64,000 nt of DNA from a virus. The translations under genes were made by a program, and so were the position numbers. Under the pieces are notes generated by a model, which was given only the letters and a program-made list of their open reading frames with translations, had not been told where the DNA came from and did no database searches. The stretch is taken from positions 1 to 64,000 of the IMG/VR virus record IMGVR_UViG_3300036770_003326. One strand, given 5' to 3'. The first letter of the stretch is position 1. Each line of letters begins with the position of its first letter. Below are positions 58,531-64,000 of the stretch, piece after piece.

Positions 58531-59610
58531 ATGGCAAAAATTAAATATTGGGACAAGTTAAAAAATAATATAGAAAGAGGCAAACAGGGATTAAATAAAG
58601 GCATCCCGTTTCAAGGCTTTACTACTTTAAGTAATCACATTAAAAATATTCAACCAGGTCGTTATGATTTAATTTTTGCAGGTACTAGTGTAGGTAAGAC
58701 AGCTTTTGTTAATAGTACCTATGTGTATGGAGCTATAGATTTTATTCAAGCAAACCCTAATTATGTACATGATGTAGAGATTATTTACTATTCTCTAGAA
58801 ATTCCTCCTGAGCATCAAATTGCCAAGCATATTGCTAATTTAATTTGGAGAGAACATGGCATATTAACAAGTTTAAATGAAATACTATCTATAGGTGGGG
58901 AGATATTAAGACCAGAAGTAGAAGAGTTGATTCCTTTATATGAATCTAGGATGCAAGAAATACAAGATAAATATTTACATTATCGAAGTACTTTGAGTCC
59001 TGAGTATTTATATAAAGATGTGATGGGGTATGCTGAGAGCAGGGGTGAGATTATAAGAAATGAAGATGGTTTAATAGTAAACTATATTCCTAAAAATCCA
59101 GGGTTAATTACTCTTATTGTGATAGATCATATTGGTTTGATTAATTATAACAATCATAAAGATCTTAAAGAAGCAATAGACAAAGTATCAAGAACTTTAG
59201 TGTTTTTTAGAAATATGTTTAATTACAGCCCTGTAGTAATTTCTCAAATTAATCGTGGGTCTGAAAATATGGAACGTAGAGAAAATGACAACTGGATGCC
59301 TATGTTAAGCGATATAAAAAACACTGGTAATATTGCAGAGGATGCTAATACCGTTATAGGTATAGCAAGTCCATTTTATTATGGAGTGGATAAGTGTTTG
59401 GGGTATGATATTACTAAATATAAAAATCGCTACAGGCTAGCAAAAATTTGCAAGAACCGTGATGGTGATGTAAATAAAATAGCTAGTTTTTTATTTATTG
59501 GAGAAATCGGTGGTTATTACCAATTACCGAAAGCAGAAGAACTTCAGGGAAATAAACCTGAAGAATTAGCAAAAATTGATAAATACTATTTTAATCAAAA
59601 AACAAAGTAA
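58531..59610 (+). CDS. Replicative DnaB-like (SF4) helicase
   Basis: AGTSVGKT, YSLE, VIDHIGL, SQINR, KNRDG. Confidence 0.88.
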   Translation: MAKIKYWDKLKNNIERGKQGLNKGIPFQGFTTLSNHIKNIQPGRYDLIFAGTSVGKTAFVNSTYVYGAIDFIQANPNYVHDVEIIYYSLEIPPEHQIAKHIANLIWREHGILTSLNEILSIGGEILRPEVEELIPLYESRMQEIQDKYLHYRSTLSPEYLYKDVMGYAESRGEIIRNEDGLIVNYIPKNPGLITLIVIDHIGLINYNNHKDLKEAIDKVSRTLVFFRNMFNYSPVVISQINRGSENMERRENDNWMPMLSDIKNTGNIAEDANTVIGIASPFYYGVDKCLGYDITKYKNRYRLAKICKNRDGDVNKIASFLFIGEIGGYYQLPKAEELQGNKPEELAKIDKYYFNQKTK

Positions 59611-59611
59611 A

Positions 59612-60055
59612 ATGCCTATTGTAAAAAGAGTAAAAAGTAGTAATGTTTTAGAAACATTGCAACAAAATGGAAGTATTAAACTTCTAGCATTAAATTTAAA
59701 TTGTGTAAAAAGCCAGGAGGCTCATCAAGAATTGTTTACTCAATTTCCTGAATTAAAATATATAGATGATAACTTTGAGTTACCAGCATTATATAGATTA
59801 GGAGATTATAGTGTAGCTACAACAGAATCTGGATTAGCATTTTTATTGTTTTATACACAACTAGACAAAACTGGGGAAATGGAAATTTCAGCTTTAAAAT
59901 CTTGTCTAAAAAAATTAAGTGGCGAAGCTATTAATAGTGGTAATTATATTTCATTTGCTATGATAAAACCTAGCGATGCAAAAACATGGGATATAGTACA
60001 AAAACTATTAAGTTTTCAGGAATATTTACTAATAACTATTATTGAAAATGATTAA
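59612..60055 (+). CDS. Divergent macro-domain-like protein
   Basis: NCV...LGDYS...FYTQ...ALKSCLKKL...WDIV resembles Poa1-like macro domains; likely start MPIVK. Confidence 0.4.
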   Translation: MPIVKRVKSSNVLETLQQNGSIKLLALNLNCVKSQEAHQELFTQFPELKYIDDNFELPALYRLGDYSVATTESGLAFLLFYTQLDKTGEMEISALKSCLKKLSGEAINSGNYISFAMIKPSDAKTWDIVQKLLSFQEYLLITIIEND

Positions 60056-60338
60056 AGATAAGTATGATTGGGTAAAAGATAAGCTTACTCTTTATCCTGT
60101 ACTTAGAGATTCTACTGAAAGATTGTATTACATATATCTTCTGGAAATAGATTACGATGTGAACAAACCTTTTAAACAAGTTCTAAAAGATATGGAAGCT
60201 AGGATAATTCCTTATATAGATTCTTTTGGTAGAGCTTCTCGTAAAGTACAAGAAGAGCATCCTCATCTTAGAGGTAAATTGTACAATAAACGCAAAAGAA
60301 AGCAAGAAGAAGTAAAGCAAGAAATTAAAGATATTTAA
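60048..60338 (+). CDS. Hypothetical protein
   Basis: YPVLRDS...RASRKVQEEHPHLRG. Confidence 0.6.
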   Translation: MIKDKYDWVKDKLTLYPVLRDSTERLYYIYLLEIDYDVNKPFKQVLKDMEARIIPYIDSFGRASRKVQEEHPHLRGKLYNKRKRKQEEVKQEIKDI

Positions 60339-60403
60339 GCTCTAAAAGCCTTGTGTATTCTAGAAAAAATTCGTAAATTTATTAAATAATCTAAAACAAT
60401 TTT

Positions 60404-61078
60404 ATGGCACAATTAGTATTCCTGGTTGGAAAATCGGGTATGGGTAAATCTACCTCATTGAGAAACCTAAACCCTGATGAAACTGTAATTATCAACACTG
60501 ATCAAAAAGCGTTGCCTTTCAAACAGTTTAATCTAAAATATAATGAGGAAAGAAAGAATTACAAAAAGACTTCTGATGCTGTAGAAGTCTATAAAGTACT
60601 GAACAAAGTAAACAGCATGGAAAATGTTAAAACTGTTGTAATAGATACTTGGTCAAGAATTATGACTGACGCTATTATGTCACAAAGTTTTCGTGCAGAA
60701 AAAGGCTTTGATAAATGGTCTAAGATGGCCGCTAATCAATATGATTTAATTAATTATATTAACGACGGTATGAGAGATGATATAATAGTATATCTAATGG
60801 CTCATCCTGAAACTCATTTTGATGAAAACGGCTTTTCTACTGAACGTATTGGCGTACAAGGTAAAATGCTTGAGCGTTTTGTGCCAGAAAGTTTTAGTAC
60901 CATAGTACTTTATGCAGAAATTATCAAACAGCCTGGACAAGCTAACAAACATGTATTTAGAACTGTATCTTCAGGTTCTGATACTTGTAAAACGCCTTTA
61001 GAAATGTTTGAAACAGACAGTGTAGAAAATGATTTATTACTTGTAAATCAAAAAATTAGAGAATATTATTCAATTTAA
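60404..61078 (+). CDS. AAA_24 / Sak4-like ATPase
   Basis: GKSGMGKSTS, VVIDT, MAH, CKTPLEMF. Confidence 0.8.
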   Translation: MAQLVFLVGKSGMGKSTSLRNLNPDETVIINTDQKALPFKQFNLKYNEERKNYKKTSDAVEVYKVLNKVNSMENVKTVVIDTWSRIMTDAIMSQSFRAEKGFDKWSKMAANQYDLINYINDGMRDDIIVYLMAHPETHFDENGFSTERIGVQGKMLERFVPESFSTIVLYAEIIKQPGQANKHVFRTVSSGSDTCKTPLEMFETDSVENDLLLVNQKIREYYSI

Positions 61079-61095
61079 AAATAAAATAAAAACAA

Positions 61096-61689
61096 ATGGA
61101 AGATTTAATTTGGGACGGAGTACCCGCACAAAGAAAGAAAAGAGAAGAGAAATTTTCATTTCCTGTAATAACATTGGCAGCATTGGATAAGCCAGGAGCG
61201 GGGAGAAAATTTATATTTAATAAGGCTGCACAAGAATTATTAAATATTCAAGGTGAAGAAAGAGTTTCTTTTGGATTTAGCGCTGATAGAAGTATTATTG
61301 CGGTTCGTAAAGCTACTGATATAAATTCTGGTATTCAGCTTACTAAAACTTGTACTATTAGTGATAAGAAAACTTATGAGTTTATTGCTAAAATTCTTAA
61401 TCTAGATACTAGTGTAGAAAATAATTTTGAAATAGTATCTAACGGGTCTTTAAATACTTTAAAATTGCACACAAATATTGGTGTAATAGACGAAGTTGTA
61501 ATAGAAGAATCTCAAGATAATTTTGAAGTAACTCAAGAGCAAGCAGTAATGCCTGAGCCTGAAGCTATTGAAGAAGAAGAAATAGAAGAAGATTTTTCTG
61601 ATGTAGAAGTAAATATAGACGATATGCCATTTGCTTTAGATCCAGAGTTTTCTAAAGGAACAGAAGATAATACAGAAGAAGGTTGGTAA
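61096..61689 (+). CDS. Hypothetical protein with acidic tail
   Basis: 197 aa. Confidence 0.65.
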   Translation: MEDLIWDGVPAQRKKREEKFSFPVITLAALDKPGAGRKFIFNKAAQELLNIQGEERVSFGFSADRSIIAVRKATDINSGIQLTKTCTISDKKTYEFIAKILNLDTSVENNFEIVSNGSLNTLKLHTNIGVIDEVVIEESQDNFEVTQEQAVMPEPEAIEEEEIEEDFSDVEVNIDDMPFALDPEFSKGTEDNTEEGW

Positions 61690-61710
61690 TTAATAATTAA
61701 ATAAATAAAT

Positions 61711-62319
61711 ATGTATAATTTAAATGATTCGAGTTTTGACTCAAAAGGTAGTGTAATTATTTTTAACGATGGTAAAGCAGGTCTAGTAGAAAATGTAACT
61801 ATGACTGTTTCTAAAAAGAAACCTGAAGATAAAGAAAACGCTCCTGATTACAAAGTAATATTTACTGACGCAAACGGTGGCGAATGTTCTACTTCTTATT
61901 GGTATGTTACTAAAGCTACTGAGTATGCTACTATTGAAGACCAAGTTAAAAAACAAGGTACAGCAATGAAGCATATTATTCATGCTATTTACGGAAAAGA
62001 TTTTCAAATTCCTGTAAATGCTACAACTCCGCAACAGTTACTTGATCAGTCTATGAAAGTTATTCGTGACGGTCTTGCATCTGGTGCTAAGTTTAGAATA
62101 TTTGCTACTTATGGTACTCTAAATTCTACAAAAAATTATATTCAACCTCGTAGTTGGGTTCCTTTTGTAGAAAATATGAGCCATCCTGTTACAGAGACAG
62201 CGTTGAAATTATCTTCTAATGTTGACGCAATGGAGCGTCTTACAGAAGATAATGTAGCTCCTACAAAATCTAATGAGAGTCTTGCTAATAGCATTATCTC
62301 TGATGGAGACGATTGGTAA
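61711..62319 (+). CDS. Putative ssDNA-binding protein
   Basis: Beta-rich N-terminus, acidic DGDDW tail, near the AAA ATPase and primase. Confidence 0.5.
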   Translation: MYNLNDSSFDSKGSVIIFNDGKAGLVENVTMTVSKKKPEDKENAPDYKVIFTDANGGECSTSYWYVTKATEYATIEDQVKKQGTAMKHIIHAIYGKDFQIPVNATTPQQLLDQSMKVIRDGLASGAKFRIFATYGTLNSTKNYIQPRSWVPFVENMSHPVTETALKLSSNVDAMERLTEDNVAPTKSNESLANSIISDGDDW

Positions 62320-62339
62320 AAAGTGGTTTAATTAAAATA

Positions 62340-62373
62340 AAGGGAAGTAGGAATTAACTACTTCCCTTTTCTT
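62340..62373 (+). terminator. Intrinsic terminator
   Basis: aagggaagtag...ctacttcccttttctt. Confidence 0.65.
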
Positions 62374-62376
62374 GTT

Positions 62377-63378
62377 ATGGAAAAGATAGACTTAAATTCA
62401 TTAATGTTTAATGCTCTTATTACAAGAGAAGATATTCTTAAACATGTAACACAAGAAGAAATATATGGGTTTTATATGGGTGAAAATATTAAGAATTTAG
62501 GTGTGTATCATAGTCCGTTACGGGAAGATAATATACCTTCTTTTGCTTTGTATTTTCATAAAATACATCATAATACTCTTATGTTCAAAGATTTTGCAAC
62601 TAATGATTGCGGTGATTTTGTTGTATTAGTTATGAAGTTATTTAATCTAAATTATTCTAATGCATTATTTAAGATAGCATATGATTTTGGGCTATCTAGT
62701 TTAAATATTTCTAGCAATAAGGTTAATATAAATTATACTAAGTTAGAACACAAAGAACGTGTAAATCTAGCTGTAAAGCTTAGACAATGGGAAAAACATG
62801 ATAAAGATTATTGGACTAGCTTTAATATTAGAAAGAGCACTCTACATAAATTTAGTGTATTTCCAATTAGTCATGTGTTTTATAATTCTAATGCTGTCAA
62901 AACTCATAAATATGCTTATGTATATGTAGAAGAAAAAGATGGAATAGTAACTTATAAAATATACCAACCTTTTGAAAACAAGCAGAAAAAGTGGATTAAT
63001 AACGCTAATTATACTGTACACCAGGGTTATAAACAACTGCCAAATACAGGAGAATTATTGATAATAACTAAATCTTTAAAAGATGTTATGAGTATTCACG
63101 ATACTTTAAACATTGCTGCTATAGGTTTACAATCTGAATCTGTGATGATGAAGGAAAGTGTAATGGAAGAATATAAATCTAGATTTAAAAGAGTAGTATG
63201 TCTATTTGACAATGATGAAGCAGGTAGAAAGTTATCTGTAGGTTTTACAGAAAGGTACGATGTTCCACACATATTTGTACCTGAGTTACCTAAAGTAACA
63301 GACTTTAGTGACTTAGTAAAAGTAGTAGGACAGCAAGAAGCTGTTGAAATTTTAAAAAAATTAATTAAAGAAATATGA
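62377..63378 (+). CDS. DNA primase (DnaG/TOPRIM type)
   Basis: SPLREDNIPSF...FKDF; TKSLKDVM; LFDNDEAG; TDFSD. Confidence 0.88.
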   Translation: MEKIDLNSLMFNALITREDILKHVTQEEIYGFYMGENIKNLGVYHSPLREDNIPSFALYFHKIHHNTLMFKDFATNDCGDFVVLVMKLFNLNYSNALFKIAYDFGLSSLNISSNKVNINYTKLEHKERVNLAVKLRQWEKHDKDYWTSFNIRKSTLHKFSVFPISHVFYNSNAVKTHKYAYVYVEEKDGIVTYKIYQPFENKQKKWINNANYTVHQGYKQLPNTGELLIITKSLKDVMSIHDTLNIAAIGLQSESVMMKESVMEEYKSRFKRVVCLFDNDEAGRKLSVGFTERYDVPHIFVPELPKVTDFSDLVKVVGQQEAVEILKKLIKEI

Positions 63379-64000
63379 AATTAGAAACAAAAAAACAAAT
63401 TGATTTTACTTCTAATGCTTCTTTTGAGGGTTACGATGCTACTATTAGCAAACATGACATGCATAAACTGTGGGATATGCTACAAAATCCTTACAAAAAT
63501 CCTATCGGTGCAGTTGTAAGAGAATATGTTAGTAATAGTTTTGACAGTCATGCAGAAGCTAAATTTATTAAAGAGCACTCGATAGAAGAAATTAAAAACG
63601 AATATTCTATTTATCAAACTGCTCCAATGGAAGAGTTAGTAGCTTTAAAACAAGCTGTAGAAATCTTTAATGATGATGCTGTAATTGTTACTATTGACAA
63701 AGACGATACAGGTTGGTTTTGGGCAACTGAAGATTTTGGTGTAGGTTTATCTCCTAGTAGAATTAAAGATGTATTTGTAAATTATTTGAAATCTACTAAG
63801 GAAACAAGTAATACGATGATAGGTGCGTTTGGTATGGGCTCAAAAAGCGGTTTAAGTTATGCTGATGTAGTTTTTATTCGTACTAGATATAATAGCATAG
63901 AGTATAGTTATATGCTAAGAAAAGGTGAGAATGGTCCTAGACTAGATATTATTGGAGAAGCAGCAACAACAGAAAGAAACGGCACGGAGATTAAAGTTTA
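63375..64000 (+). CDS. rIIA-like GHKL (HSP90-type) ATPase, 5' partial
   Basis: Translated by hand: YKNPIGAVVREYVSNSFDSH...EDFGVGLS...STK...IGAFGMGSKS; runs off the window. Confidence 0.8.
   Translation, partial: MKLETKKQIDFTSNASFEGYDATISKHDMHKLWDMLQNPYKNPIGAVVREYVSNSFDSHAEAKFIKEHSIEEIKNEYSIYQTAPMEELVALKQAVEIFNDDAVIVTIDKDDTGWFWATEDFGVGLSPSRIKDVFVNYLKSTKETSNTMIGAFGMGSKSGLSYADVVFIRTRYNSIEYSYMLRKGENGPRLDIIGEAATTERNGTEIKV

Noticed and set aside
1-64000. Stop-codon reassignment as seen in some crAss-like phages
   Set aside because: Long genes are intact under the standard code and TAG and TGA both serve as real stops; no suppressor tRNA noticed

Overview
AT-rich segment of a crAss-like (Crassvirales-type) Bacteroidota phage genome using the standard genetic code, organised as two divergent arms. 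The minus-strand arm (~1-44.4 kb) holds virion and late genes: RepL-like proteins, TerL, portal, major capsid protein, capsid accessory and ring proteins, tail fibre/receptor-binding genes, an M15 endolysin with holin candidates, a tail stabilisation protein and large ejected cargo/polyvalent proteins with GH73 domains. The plus-strand arm (~44.8-64 kb) holds early and replication genes: small ORFs, PolA split by a group I intron with an HNH-type homing endonuclease, SF2 and DnaB-like helicases, an AAA_24 ATPase, primase and an rIIA-like GHKL protein. The most striking region is a ~4 kb array (47972-51933) of small genes, nearly all joined by a conserved 23-bp junction, AACCTTTAAATCAGAATA(A/G)(A/G)ATG, that supplies both stop and start codons. 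Nested in it are two integron-type gene cassettes with three attC-like sites. A densely structured ~800-nt non-coding stretch with a candidate twister ribozyme lies at the start of the early arm. All protein family calls come from motif recognition and gene order, not from database searches.
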